This document shows, in pieces, positions 12,468 through 21,640 of a DNA stretch of 32,000 bases. The notes beneath the pieces are model-generated. The model did no database searches and was not told the origin of the DNA. It saw only the letters and a program-made list of their open reading frames with translations. Source of the stretch: Mycobacterium tuberculosis H37Rv (GTDB lineage: Bacteria > Actinomycetota > Actinomycetes > Mycobacteriales > Mycobacteriaceae); the NCBI RefSeq assembly GCF_000195955.2, contig NC_000962.3, forward strand, positions 1-32,000. The letters run 5' to 3'. Each line of letters opens with the position of its first letter. The stretch's first letter is position 1. The position numbers were made by a program, and so were the translations under genes.

Positions 12468-13016
12468 ATGGCAGACTGTGATTCCGTGACTAACAGCCCC
12501 CTTGCGACCGCTACCGCCACGCTGCACACTAACCGCGGCGACATCAAGATCGCCCTGTTCGGAAACCATGCGCCCAAGACCGTCGCCAATTTTGTGGGCC
12601 TTGCGCAGGGCACCAAGGACTATTCGACCCAAAACGCATCAGGTGGCCCGTCCGGCCCGTTCTACGACGGCGCGGTCTTTCACCGGGTGATCCAGGGCTT
12701 CATGATCCAGGGTGGCGATCCAACCGGGACGGGTCGCGGCGGACCCGGCTACAAGTTCGCCGACGAGTTCCACCCCGAGCTGCAATTCGACAAGCCCTAT
12801 CTGCTCGCGATGGCCAACGCCGGTCCGGGCACCAACGGCTCACAGTTTTTCATCACCGTCGGCAAGACTCCGCACCTGAACCGGCGCCACACCATTTTCG
12901 GTGAAGTGATCGACGCGGAGTCACAGCGGGTTGTGGAGGCGATCTCCAAGACGGCCACCGACGGCAACGATCGGCCGACGGACCCGGTGGTGATCGAGTC
13001 GATCACCATCTCCTGA
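12468..13016 (+). CDS. ppiA: Peptidyl-prolyl cis-trans isomerase A, cyclophilin type (Rv0009-like)
   Basis: The ORF is open from 12090, but cyclophilin homology ([40 protein letters not shown]) begins just after ATG 12468 ([31 protein letters not shown]). The upstream in-frame part is Arg/Gly/Pro junk that overlaps cwsA. Confidence 0.95.
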   Translation: MADCDSVTNSPLATATATLHTNRGDIKIALFGNHAPKTVANFVGLAQGTKDYSTQNASGGPSGPFYDGAVFHRVIQGFMIQGGDPTGTGRGGPGYKFADEFHPELQFDKPYLLAMANAGPGTNGSQFFITVGKTPHLNRRHTIFGEVIDAESQRVVEAISKTATDGNDRPTDPVVIESITIS

Positions 13017-13132
13017 CCCGAAGCTACGTCGGCTCGTCGCTCGAATACACCTTGTGGACCCGCCAGGGCACGTGGCGGTACACCGACACGCCGTTGGGGC
13101 CGTTCAACCGGACGCCCTCACGCCAAGTCCGC

Positions 13133-13558
13133 TCACCTTTGGCCGCGACCGGCGTAACCGGCAGCGGTAAGCGCATCGAGCACCTCCACTGGGTCGGTGC
13201 CGAGATCCCAGCGGGACAAAATCAGCAGCCCCCCGCTGACCGTTTCGATCTCGAGCAGGCGCACCAGGCGGCCGTAACGGCGAAACTCGTCGATTCGGAT
13301 GATCTTGATATTGGAATGTCGTAATAGCTGCGTCCGGAACCAACCTCGGATCGCCAGGCCGTCGGGGGTAATTGCCAGCCTTGGACGTGCGCGCCAAGTG
13401 GCGCTCGCAAACAAGATCAGACCCAGCGCGGCAACTCCGGTCAACACCCGCCCGGGCGTATCTGTGACTAAGGTCACAGACGCAATAGCCATCACGACTC
13501 CCCCGGCTCCGCAACCAGCGATTCCCGAGGTGCGAGGCGCCCATGCTGTTTGCTGCAT
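13133..13558 (-). CDS. Small conserved membrane protein (Rv0010c-like), two N-terminal TM helices plus a PH-like C-terminal domain
   Basis: 141 aa from ATG 13558 (aagga SD at -9 to -5). Hydrophobic segments GVVMAIASVTLV and VLTGVAALGLILFASA. The C-terminal pattern (LAITPDGLAIRGWF...IKIIRIDE...LLEIETVSGGLLILSRWDLG) resembles membrane-anchored bacterial PH domains. The family call is tentative. Confidence 0.85.
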   Translation of the reverse strand: MQQTAWAPRTSGIAGCGAGGVVMAIASVTLVTDTPGRVLTGVAALGLILFASATWRARPRLAITPDGLAIRGWFRTQLLRHSNIKIIRIDEFRRYGRLVRLLEIETVSGGLLILSRWDLGTDPVEVLDALTAAGYAGRGQR

Positions 13559-13713
13559 GTATTCCTTAGACCCTCTCACCACTGCAGACAAAGTTATCCA
13601 CAGACGCTATCAACAGTGGGGATGAATCACATGCGTGTGATTGAGTGACCAAAAGGTTGCTGGCACAGTAACGACCCGACCAGAATATGAATTCATTCTA
13701 TCGGCGGCGTGGA

Positions 13714-13995
13714 TCAATGCCAGCGCATCGTGAGCAACAAACCGGTGATCATGAAAGCGAACGCGATCGCATAGTTCCAGGGACCGAGTTGCGCCATCCA
13801 ATTGAGCGCTGTGGGGGCTTGGCTGCCAATGGCTGCCAACTGAAACACCATTAACCAGATGAGTCCGATCAGCATCAGACCGATGAACAACGAGACGAAC
13901 CATACGCTCGACGGTCCGACCTTCACCTTCATCGGCGTGCGGCTCACCGCGCTGACGGTGAAGTCGTTCTTCTTGCGGACCTTGGACTTGGGCAT
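13714..13995 (-). CDS. crgA: Cell division protein CrgA (Rv0011c-like)
   Basis: 93 aa, [22 protein letters not shown]-terminus followed by two TM helices ([21 protein letters not shown]; [17 protein letters not shown]), typical of actinobacterial CrgA. Confidence 0.93.
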
Positions 13996-14088
13996 CACTT
14001 TCCTCGGGATCTGGCGGGACTACCTCGACAAGACGACGAATGGCCCGGGGTGCAACGATAGAAGTTGCAGCTGCAGGCATACCTTGTT

Positions 14089-14877
14089 ATGAGACTAACC
14101 CACCCAACACCCTGCCCGGAAAACGGAGAGACCATGATTGATCGGCGCCGATCGGCGTGGCGTTTCAGTGTCCCCTTAGTGTGCTTGCTGGCGGGGCTGC
14201 TGCTGGCCGCCACGCATGGGGTGTCGGGCGGCACCGAGATCCGCCGCAGCGATGCGCCGCGACTGGTCGACCTTGTCCGTCGGGCGCAGGCATCGGTGAA
14301 CCGTCTCGCCACCGAACGCGAAGCGCTGACCACCAGAATCGACTCGGTGCACGGCCGATCTGTCGATACCGCGTTGGCGGCCATGCAGCGGCGGTCCGCC
14401 AAGCTGGCCGGTGTGGCGGCTATGAATCCGGTCCATGGGCCGGGCCTGGTGGTTACCCTGCAAGACGCGCAACGCGACGCCAACGGCCGGTTTCCGCGCG
14501 ACGCGTCCCCGGACGATCTGGTTGTGCATCAGCAAGACATCGAGGCTGTCCTCAACGCGTTGTGGAATGCCGGTGCTGAGGCGATCCAGATGCAGGACCA
14601 GCGCATCATCGCGATGTCGATAGCTCGTTGTGTCGGAAACACGTTGCTGCTCAACGGGCGTACCTATAGCCCGCCCTACACGATCGCCGCGATCGGAGAC
14701 GCCGCCGCCATGCAGGCTGCTCTGGCTGCGGCTCCCCTGGTGACGCTCTACAAGCAGTACGTGGTCCGGTTCGGCCTCGGGTACTGCGAAGAAGTCCATC
14801 CTGACTTGCAGATAGTCGGCTATGCCGATCCCGTCCGGATGCACTTCGCGCAGCCTGCAGGCCCCTTGGACTACTGA
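14089..14877 (+). CDS. Conserved membrane-anchored protein (Rv0012-like; I recall a DUF881-type family)
   Basis: 262 aa from ATG 14089. N-terminal signal-anchor WRFSVPLVCLLAGLLLAA, then a soluble domain. Divergent from crgA. The family name is from memory and unverified. Confidence 0.85.
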   Translation: MRLTHPTPCPENGETMIDRRRSAWRFSVPLVCLLAGLLLAATHGVSGGTEIRRSDAPRLVDLVRRAQASVNRLATEREALTTRIDSVHGRSVDTALAAMQRRSAKLAGVAAMNPVHGPGLVVTLQDAQRDANGRFPRDASPDDLVVHQQDIEAVLNALWNAGAEAIQMQDQRIIAMSIARCVGNTLLLNGRTYSPPYTIAAIGDAAAMQAALAAAPLVTLYKQYVVRFGLGYCEEVHPDLQIVGYADPVRMHFAQPAGPLDY

Positions 14878-14913
14878 ACGACTGCCGGCAGGGTCAGGCG
14901 GTAGCCTGTCACG

Positions 14914-15612
14914 ATGCGGATCCTGGTCGTTGACAACTACGACAGCTTCGTGTTCAACCTGGTGCAGTACCTCGGCCAGCTCGGCATCGAGGCCGAGGTG
15001 TGGCGCAACGACGACCACCGGCTATCCGATGAGGCCGCCGTCGCCGGCCAATTCGACGGTGTCCTGCTCAGTCCCGGTCCGGGTACCCCGGAGCGCGCGG
15101 GCGCGTCGGTGAGTATCGTGCACGCGTGTGCGGCAGCACACACCCCTTTGCTGGGGGTCTGCCTTGGGCACCAAGCCATCGGCGTTGCGTTCGGCGCCAC
15201 CGTGGACCGTGCGCCCGAGCTATTGCACGGCAAGACCAGCAGCGTATTCCACACCAATGTCGGTGTGCTACAAGGGCTTCCGGATCCCTTCACGGCCACT
15301 CGATACCATTCGTTGACAATTCTGCCTAAGTCGCTGCCAGCGGTGCTGAGGGTCACGGCCCGCACTAGCAGCGGTGTGATCATGGCCGTGCAGCACACCG
15401 GGCTGCCGATCCACGGTGTCCAGTTCCATCCGGAGTCGATTCTCACCGAGGGCGGGCACCGCATACTGGCCAACTGGCTCACCTGCTGCGGATGGACGCA
15501 AGACGACACCCTGGTACGTCGGCTGGAAAACGAAGTGCTCACCGCCATCTCACCGCACTTCCCAACTTCAACCGCTAGCGCGGGCGAAGCTACTGGCCGA
15601 ACCTCAGCGTGA
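14914..15612 (+). CDS. trpG: Class-I glutamine amidotransferase, anthranilate/aminodeoxychorismate synthase component II (Rv0013-like)
   Basis: 232 aa. MRILVVDNYDSFVFNLVQYL start, nucleophile elbow GVCLGHQAIG, and VQFHPES catalytic His/Glu region. Confidence 0.93.
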   Translation: MRILVVDNYDSFVFNLVQYLGQLGIEAEVWRNDDHRLSDEAAVAGQFDGVLLSPGPGTPERAGASVSIVHACAAAHTPLLGVCLGHQAIGVAFGATVDRAPELLHGKTSSVFHTNVGVLQGLPDPFTATRYHSLTILPKSLPAVLRVTARTSSGVIMAVQHTGLPIHGVQFHPESILTEGGHRILANWLTCCGWTQDDTLVRRLENEVLTAISPHFPTSTASAGEATGRTSA

Positions 15613-17470
15613 TGATGCCGTCCCGGTTGACGCCGGTCCCCGCCGGCGGGTTTTGATAGACGACCCGGTTGTGTTGGGAGCCACCGGCGTCGACGTCGGC
15701 CCCTTTGTCGAGCATCCCGGTCCAGCCCAGCGCGCGCAATCGTGGTTCGGCGTCGACCCAGAACATGCCGGATAGGTCGGGCATGACGAATTGGTTGCCC
15801 TTGGACACCTGTAGTTCGATGACTGAATCGACCGGAACTGTGGTGCCTGCGGGTGGATTGGTGCCGGTCACCTCGCCGGCGGGACGGGGGCTGTCCACCG
15901 AGGCCTGACTGAATTTGGTGAAGCCGTAGACGTTGAGGTTCTTCTGCGCCACGTCGACGGTCTGGCCCGCGACATCGGGAATGTCTTTGGTCGCCGGACC
16001 AGAGCCAACGATGATGATGACCACATTGGTGATGGCCGACGTCTGGTTGGCTGGCGGGTTGGTCCCGATGACCTTGCCCACCAGTTCCGGGGTGGACGGC
16101 GAATTCGCTTGCTTGAAGCGGCCGAATCCGGCGGCAGTCAGTTTCTTGACCGCTTCGGCGTATGTCAGCGTGGAGACGTCGGGTATTTCGCGTTGCTCGG
16201 GTCCGGTGGACACGTTGACTGTGATCTCGTCGCCTGCACTCACCGACGTGTTGGCGGCCGGGTCGGTGCCGATAACGTGGTCCGGTGGGATTGTCGAGTC
16301 CGGCTTCTGCAAGGTGCGGATTTTGAAGCCCCGGTTTTGCAGTGTGGCGATGGCGTCGGCGGAGGATTGACCCCGAACGTCGGGAACTTGAACGTCGCGG
16401 GTGATGCCGCCGAACGTGTTGATGGCGATGGTTACCACGACGGTCAGCACAGCGAGCACGGCGACCACCGCAACCCAACGGCCCACCGAACCGATGCTGC
16501 GGTCACGGTCGGTGTCGTCTAAGTCCTGGCGTGGTAGCGGATCGGTGCGCGGACCGCTAAGGTTGCCGGCCGCAGACGACAGCAGCGAGGTCCGCTCGGC
16601 ATCGGTGAGCACTTTGGGCGCCTCGGGCGGCTCACCGTTGTGCACGCGGACCAGGTCGGCGCGCATCTCCGCCGCTGTCTGATAGCGGTTTTCCGGATTT
16701 TTGGCCAGCGCCTTGAGAACGACGGCGTCCAGGTCGGCGGAGAGGCCTTCGTGCCGCGCCGAAGGTGGGATCGGGTCTTCGCGCACATGTTGGTAGGCAA
16801 CCGAGACGGGTGAGTCGCCGGTGAAAGGTGGCTCCCCGGTGAGGACTTCATAAAGAACACAGCCCAAGGAATAGACATCGGATCGGGCGTCGACGGAATC
16901 ACCCCGGGCCTGTTCGGGTGACAGGTACTGCGCCGTGCCGATCACTGCTGCGGTCTGGGTCACGCTGTTGCCGCTGTCGGCAATGGCGCGGGCGATGCCG
17001 AAATCCATCACCTTTACTGCATTGGTCGCGCTGATCATGATGTTCGCCGGCTTGACGTCACGGTGGATGATTCCGTTCTGATGACTGAAGTTCAGCGCTT
17101 GGCAGGCGTCGGCGATGACCTCGATGGCGCGTTTGGGCGTCATCGGCCCTTCGGTGTGGACAATGTCGCGCAGGGTAACGCCGTCGACGTATTCCATGAC
17201 GATGTAGGGCAATGGCCCGGCGGGCGTTTCGGCTTCACCGGTGTCGTAGACCGCGACGATTGCAGGGTGGTTCAATGCCGCGGCGTTTTGCGCCTCACGC
17301 CGGAAGCGAAGGTAAAAACTGGGATCGCGGGCTAGATCAGCGCGCAGCACCTTGACCGCAACGTCGCGGTGCAACCGGAGGTCGCGGGCCAGGTGGACCT
17401 CGGACATGCCCCCAAATCCAAGGATTTCGCCAAGTTCGTAGCGGTCGGACAGGTGGGAAGGGGTGGTCAT
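15590..17470 (-). CDS. pknB: Transmembrane Ser/Thr protein kinase PknB with four extracellular PASTA domains (Rv0014c-like)
   Basis: 626 aa from ATG 17470 ([30 protein letters not shown]). The 34-codon extension in the track has no kinase homology. [13 protein letters not shown] and SPEQ motifs; TM helix [19 protein letters not shown]; four ~65-aa PASTA repeats. The start overlaps the pknA stop (ATGA). Confidence 0.97.
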   Translation of the reverse strand: MTTPSHLSDRYELGEILGFGGMSEVHLARDLRLHRDVAVKVLRADLARDPSFYLRFRREAQNAAALNHPAIVAVYDTGEAETPAGPLPYIVMEYVDGVTLRDIVHTEGPMTPKRAIEVIADACQALNFSHQNGIIHRDVKPANIMISATNAVKVMDFGIARAIADSGNSVTQTAAVIGTAQYLSPEQARGDSVDARSDVYSLGCVLYEVLTGEPPFTGDSPVSVAYQHVREDPIPPSARHEGLSADLDAVVLKALAKNPENRYQTAAEMRADLVRVHNGEPPEAPKVLTDAERTSLLSSAAGNLSGPRTDPLPRQDLDDTDRDRSIGSVGRWVAVVAVLAVLTVVVTIAINTFGGITRDVQVPDVRGQSSADAIATLQNRGFKIRTLQKPDSTIPPDHVIGTDPAANTSVSAGDEITVNVSTGPEQREIPDVSTLTYAEAVKKLTAAGFGRFKQANSPSTPELVGKVIGTNPPANQTSAITNVVIIIVGSGPATKDIPDVAGQTVDVAQKNLNVYGFTKFSQASVDSPRPAGEVTGTNPPAGTTVPVDSVIELQVSKGNQFVMPDLSGMFWVDAEPRLRALGWTGMLDKGADVDAGGSQHNRVVYQNPPAGTGVNRDGIITLRFGQ

Positions 17471-18762
17471 TGCGCTATCTCGTATCGGGCCAGCGACGCG
17501 CGCGAATGCGGTGTCGGCGGGACAACCCAGCTTTGCAGTCCAGAATGACGTGTTTCCCCGCGTTCCGTCCAATTGAGTCGCGGGCTAGCATCAGTCCCGC
17601 CAGTGTTGCTGGCCGGAGGGTTCCCGGTGGTGGTCACGGTCGGCGTCGGTGCCTGCTGCGGGCTGTTGTCCCCGGGCGCTTTGATGACGAGCAGCACGGC
17701 GATGATGATTGCCAGCGCCCCCAGCACCCCCGCGGCCCAGAGCAGCGCACGCTGACCGGACGAAAACGTGCGCCGCGGCGGCCGGTGACCACCCGTGGCC
17801 GGGCGGGATCGACGGGATGCCGCAGTCCGGCCAGCAGAGTTGGCCGCGACCCTGGCTGTCGTACCCGACGGAATGGCCGCCGGGGCGGCCCGGCCAGGGG
17901 GGGGTGTCTGGCTGGGCCGCGGGGGCCGGCGGCCGGCGCGCACCGCTGCCACCGCGTCGGCGAACGGTCCCCCACTGCGATAGCGCATCGCGGGGTTCTT
18001 CACCAGAGTTATCTCGATGAGTTCTCGCACATTGGGCGGCAGGTCGGGAGGCAGCGGCGGCGGCGGCTCCTTGATGTGCTTCATTGCCACGGTCAGGGCA
18101 CCATCGCCGGCGAACGGCCGTTTACCCGAAACCGCTTCATACCCAACAACTCCCAGTGAATAGACGTCGCTGGCCGGGCTGGCGTCGTGACCGAGGGCCT
18201 GCTCCGGCGCGATGTATTGGGCGGTGCCCATCACCATGCCGGTCTGGGTCACGGGCGCTGCATCGACGGCTTTGGCGATGCCGAAGTCGGTGATCTTCAC
18301 CTGCCCGGTGGGGGTGATCAAGATGTTGCCCGGTTTGACGTCGCGGTGCACCAGGCCAGCGGCATGCGCGATCTGCAGAGCGCGGCCGGTCTGCTCGAGC
18401 ATGTCCAGTGCGTGCCGCAACGACAGCCGGCCGGTGCGTTTGAGCACCGAATTTAGTGGCTCGCCGTTGACCAGCTCCATCACCAGGTAGGCCGTGCGAC
18501 CCTCCCCGTTCATCTGGCTTTCGCCGTAGTCGTGCACGCTGGCGATGCCCGGATGGTTCAGCATCGCGGTGGTGCGCGCTTCGGCCCGGAACCGTTCGAT
18601 GAACTCCGGATCGGAGGAGAACTCGCTCTTGAGCACCTTCACCGCAACACGCCGGCCCAACCGGTTATCCACGGCCTCCCAGACTTGGCCCATACCACCG
18701 GTGGCGATGAGGCGCTGCAGGCGGTATCTGCCCGACAGCGTCACGCCAACTCGGGGGCTCAT
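17467..18762 (-). CDS. pknA: Transmembrane Ser/Thr protein kinase PknA (Rv0015c-like)
   Basis: 431 aa. GGMGQVWEA glycine loop, [13 protein letters not shown], a Pro-rich juxtamembrane linker, and [27 protein letters not shown] overlaps at both ends. Confidence 0.97.
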
Positions 18763-20234
18763 GGTTCCCCCTGCAGTGCGGCTTCGATCACCGCCCGCCC
18801 GATCGGTGCCGCGAGGGCACCTCCGGTGGCGGACAGCCGATCAGCCCCGTTCTCCACCAGCACGGCAACAGCCACCTTGGGCGCTTGTGCGGGCGCAAAG
18901 GCGATGTACCAAGCGTGCGGTGGAGTGTGACGAGGGTCGGTGCCATGTTCGGCGGTGCCCGTCTTGGATGCGATCTGCACGCCGGGGATTGCCCCTTTCT
19001 GCTGTGCGACTTTCTCGGCGCCGACCATCAGCTCTGTTAGCTTAGCGGCGACCTGCGGTGACACCGCGCGGCGCTGCTGGTATCCGACGGTGGTTGAGAT
19101 ATTGGCTAGGTCCGGTCCCTTGAGGCTGCCGACTAGATAAGGCCTCATCGTAATGCCGCCGTTTGCGATGGTCGCGGCTATTTCTGCGTTCGCTAGCGGG
19201 GTCAGCGCAACGTCCTTTTGGCCGATACTGGTCATCCCTAGTGCGGCGCTGTCCGGGATAGGCCCGACGGTTGATTCCGCCACTTGCAGCGGAGTTGGGC
19301 GCGGTGGGCTATCGAGACCGAACGCGCGCGCCATGCTGCGCAGGGCGTCGGCGCCGGTGCGGATGCCCAGCTGGACGAATGCGGTGTTGCATGATTTGAC
19401 GAATGCCTCACGCAGCGACACGGTGGGTTCGTCCCCGCACGGCGCACCGCCGTAGTTCTCTAGCTGGGCGGTGCTGCCTGGCAACGGAATTGTGGGCGCC
19501 GCAGTCAGCTGTTCGGTCTCGGTGGCCCCGGCGGCCAGCGCGGCCGCAGTGGTGATCACTTTGAAAGTCGAACCCGGTGGATACGTCTCAGAGATGGCAC
19601 GGTTGGTCAGTGGAGAGGCGGGATTGTCGCCAAGCCGCTGCCAGGCTTGCGCCTGCACCTCGGGGTTATGCGACGCCAGCAGGTTGGGGTCGTAGGACGG
19701 AGAAGACACCAACGCCAAAATCTTGCCGGTTGATGGCTCAAGGGCGACCACCGCTCCCTTACAGGGCCCGTAGCAGCCTTGCTGCATCGCGTCCCAGCCG
19801 GCTTGCTGAATGCGCGGGTTGATCGTGGTATCGACATTACCGCCGCGTGGGTCGCGACCGGTGAAGAAGTCGGCCAGCCGGCGGCCGAACAGACGGCGGT
19901 CGGACCCGTTCAATATCGGGTCCTCGGCTCGTTCTAGGGCGGTGCTGGAATAGCGCAGGGAGTAGAAGCCGGTAACCGGCGCGTACACCTCAGGATTGGG
20001 ATAGACCCGCAGGAAACGAAAGCGGCCGTCGGTGGCTACCGAGTACGCCAGCAGTTGGCCACCAGCGGTGATCTGGCCGCGCTGCCGTGAATACTCGTCG
20101 AGCAACACTCGCTGGTTGCGGGGATCGGCACGCAGCCCGTCGGCGGTGAAGACCTGCGTCATGGTCGCGTTGAGCAGTAGCAACACGATCAACGCCATCA
20201 CGGTCACCGATATTCGGCGCAGAGAGGCGTTCAT
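18759..20234 (-). CDS. pbpA: Class B penicillin-binding protein PbpA (Rv0016c-like)
   Basis: 491 aa. N-terminal anchor [12 protein letters not shown]. Transpeptidase motifs STFK ([10 protein letters not shown]), SCN (KSCNTAF) and KTG (ASKTGTAE). Confidence 0.96.
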   Translation of the reverse strand: MNASLRRISVTVMALIVLLLLNATMTQVFTADGLRADPRNQRVLLDEYSRQRGQITAGGQLLAYSVATDGRFRFLRVYPNPEVYAPVTGFYSLRYSSTALERAEDPILNGSDRRLFGRRLADFFTGRDPRGGNVDTTINPRIQQAGWDAMQQGCYGPCKGAVVALEPSTGKILALVSSPSYDPNLLASHNPEVQAQAWQRLGDNPASPLTNRAISETYPPGSTFKVITTAAALAAGATETEQLTAAPTIPLPGSTAQLENYGGAPCGDEPTVSLREAFVKSCNTAFVQLGIRTGADALRSMARAFGLDSPPRPTPLQVAESTVGPIPDSAALGMTSIGQKDVALTPLANAEIAATIANGGITMRPYLVGSLKGPDLANISTTVGYQQRRAVSPQVAAKLTELMVGAEKVAQQKGAIPGVQIASKTGTAEHGTDPRHTPPHAWYIAFAPAQAPKVAVAVLVENGADRLSATGGALAAPIGRAVIEAALQGEP

Positions 20235-21640
20235 ACGCGTTCGATGACCTCGGTGCCGGCCGCCGTAATCGGCGACTTATTTCGTGGGCGGGTGCGCAGT
20301 GGGCGGCGGGCTCCGTGCGAGATGCGTGCCAGGATGGCCAGCAATATGTAGTTGGCCAGCAGTGAAGACCCGCCGTAGGACATCCACGGTGTGGTCAACC
20401 CGGTCAGCGGAATGAGTCGGGTCACACCGCCGACGACGATGAACAGCTGAATGGCTAGCGTCGATGAGAGGCCGGCGGCCAGCAGCTTGCCGAAGCTATC
20501 GCGGGTGGCGATGGCCGTGCGCAAACCCCGGATGATCACGATGGTGTAGAGCATCAGGATGGCCGTCAAGCCCACCAACCCAAGCTCTTCGCCGAACGCG
20601 GCGATGATGAAATCGGTGGATGCCGCGGGCACGGTGTCGGGTTGACCATTACCGAGCCCGGTGCCGAAGATACCGCCTGTAGCGAAGCTGAAAAGCGACT
20701 GCACGATCTGATATCCGGTGCCGTCTGGATCTGCGAACGGATCCAGCCAGGTCTGTACGCGGAGCCGGACGTGCTCAAAAATGAAGTACGCCACCAAGGT
20801 TCCTGCCGCGAACAGAGTCAGGCCGATGACGACCCAACTGAACCGCTGGGTGGCGAGGTAAACCACCACCAGAAACGATGTGTACAGCAGCAGCGAAGCG
20901 CCGAGGTCTTTCTCGAAGACCATCACACCCACCGAGATGACCCAGGCTGCCAACAGTGGCGCGAGGTCTCGCGGGCGCGGCAGGGTCATTCCGAGCAAAT
21001 GTTTGCCGGCGCTGGTGAACAGGCCGCGTTTGGCCACCAGTACCGCCGAAAAGAAGATCAGCAGCAGAATCTTTGAAAATTCGGCGGGTTGAATCGAGAA
21101 GCCGGGCAACCGGATCCAGATCTTGGCGCCGTTCTGTTCGGACAGTGCTGCCGGGAGCAGCGCGGGAACTGCCAAGAAAACCAGACCCGCGAGCCCGCAA
21201 ATGTAGCCGTAGCGTGCGAGCTGTCGGTGGTCCTTGAGGAAGGTCACCACGAGCGCGAAGGCAGCTACGCCCACCAGCGTCCACAGCATCTGCTGGTTTG
21301 CGCTGGGGTGCCGATGCTCGCCGATCTCGTTGTCCACCAGATCGAGGCGGTGGATCATTACCAGGCCAAGTCCGTTGAGCAGTGCCACCACCGGGAGCAA
21401 CAGCGGGTCAGTGTAGGGGGCGAAGCGCCGGATGGCCAGATGCGCGGATCCGAACAGGGTCAGGAAGGCCAGTCCGTAGCTAGTCAAGTCCCAGGGCACC
21501 CCCTGGTCTTGATTGGCCTGCACGACCAGCAGTGCGGCAAACGTGATTACGGCGGCAAAGCACAGCAGCAGCAGTTCAGCGTTGCGCCGAGTCGGCAACG
21601 GGGGCGTTACGGCCACCGGCGCTTGCAGTCGTGTCGTCAT
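20231..21640 (-). CDS. rodA: SEDS-family peptidoglycan glycosyltransferase RodA/FtsW-like (Rv0017c-like)
   Basis: 469 aa from ATG 21640 (MTTRLQAPVAV...), overlapping the pstP stop by ATGA. A polytopic membrane protein throughout. The 91-codon upstream extension in the track is off-frame pstP sequence. Confidence 0.95.
   Translation of the reverse strand: MTTRLQAPVAVTPPLPTRRNAELLLLCFAAVITFAALLVVQANQDQGVPWDLTSYGLAFLTLFGSAHLAIRRFAPYTDPLLLPVVALLNGLGLVMIHRLDLVDNEIGEHRHPSANQQMLWTLVGVAAFALVVTFLKDHRQLARYGYICGLAGLVFLAVPALLPAALSEQNGAKIWIRLPGFSIQPAEFSKILLLIFFSAVLVAKRGLFTSAGKHLLGMTLPRPRDLAPLLAAWVISVGVMVFEKDLGASLLLYTSFLVVVYLATQRFSWVVIGLTLFAAGTLVAYFIFEHVRLRVQTWLDPFADPDGTGYQIVQSLFSFATGGIFGTGLGNGQPDTVPAASTDFIIAAFGEELGLVGLTAILMLYTIVIIRGLRTAIATRDSFGKLLAAGLSSTLAIQLFIVVGGVTRLIPLTGLTTPWMSYGGSSLLANYILLAILARISHGARRPLRTRPRNKSPITAAGTEVIERV

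Noticed and set aside
13060-13078. Hairpin ccgcca-gggcacg-tggcgg between the convergent ppiA and Rv0010c genes, considered as a bidirectional terminator.
   Set aside because: The stem is only 6 bp with no flanking U/A tracts. It is indistinguishable from chance in GC-rich DNA.
14937-16478. A 513-aa minus-strand ORF overlapping trpG (antisense) and pknB (off-frame). Similar long ORFs lie at 14176-15018(-), 4277-4987(-), 8337-9086(-), 8435-9016(-), 6052-6738(-), 23971-24975(-), 22441-23085(+), 17470-18159(+), 28349-29272(+) and 28338-29015(-).
   Set aside because: The composition is Arg/Pro/Gly/His/Ser-rich nonsense with no motifs. Each ORF overlaps a gene with unmistakable family signatures. 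These are the classic open off-frames of very GC-rich DNA.
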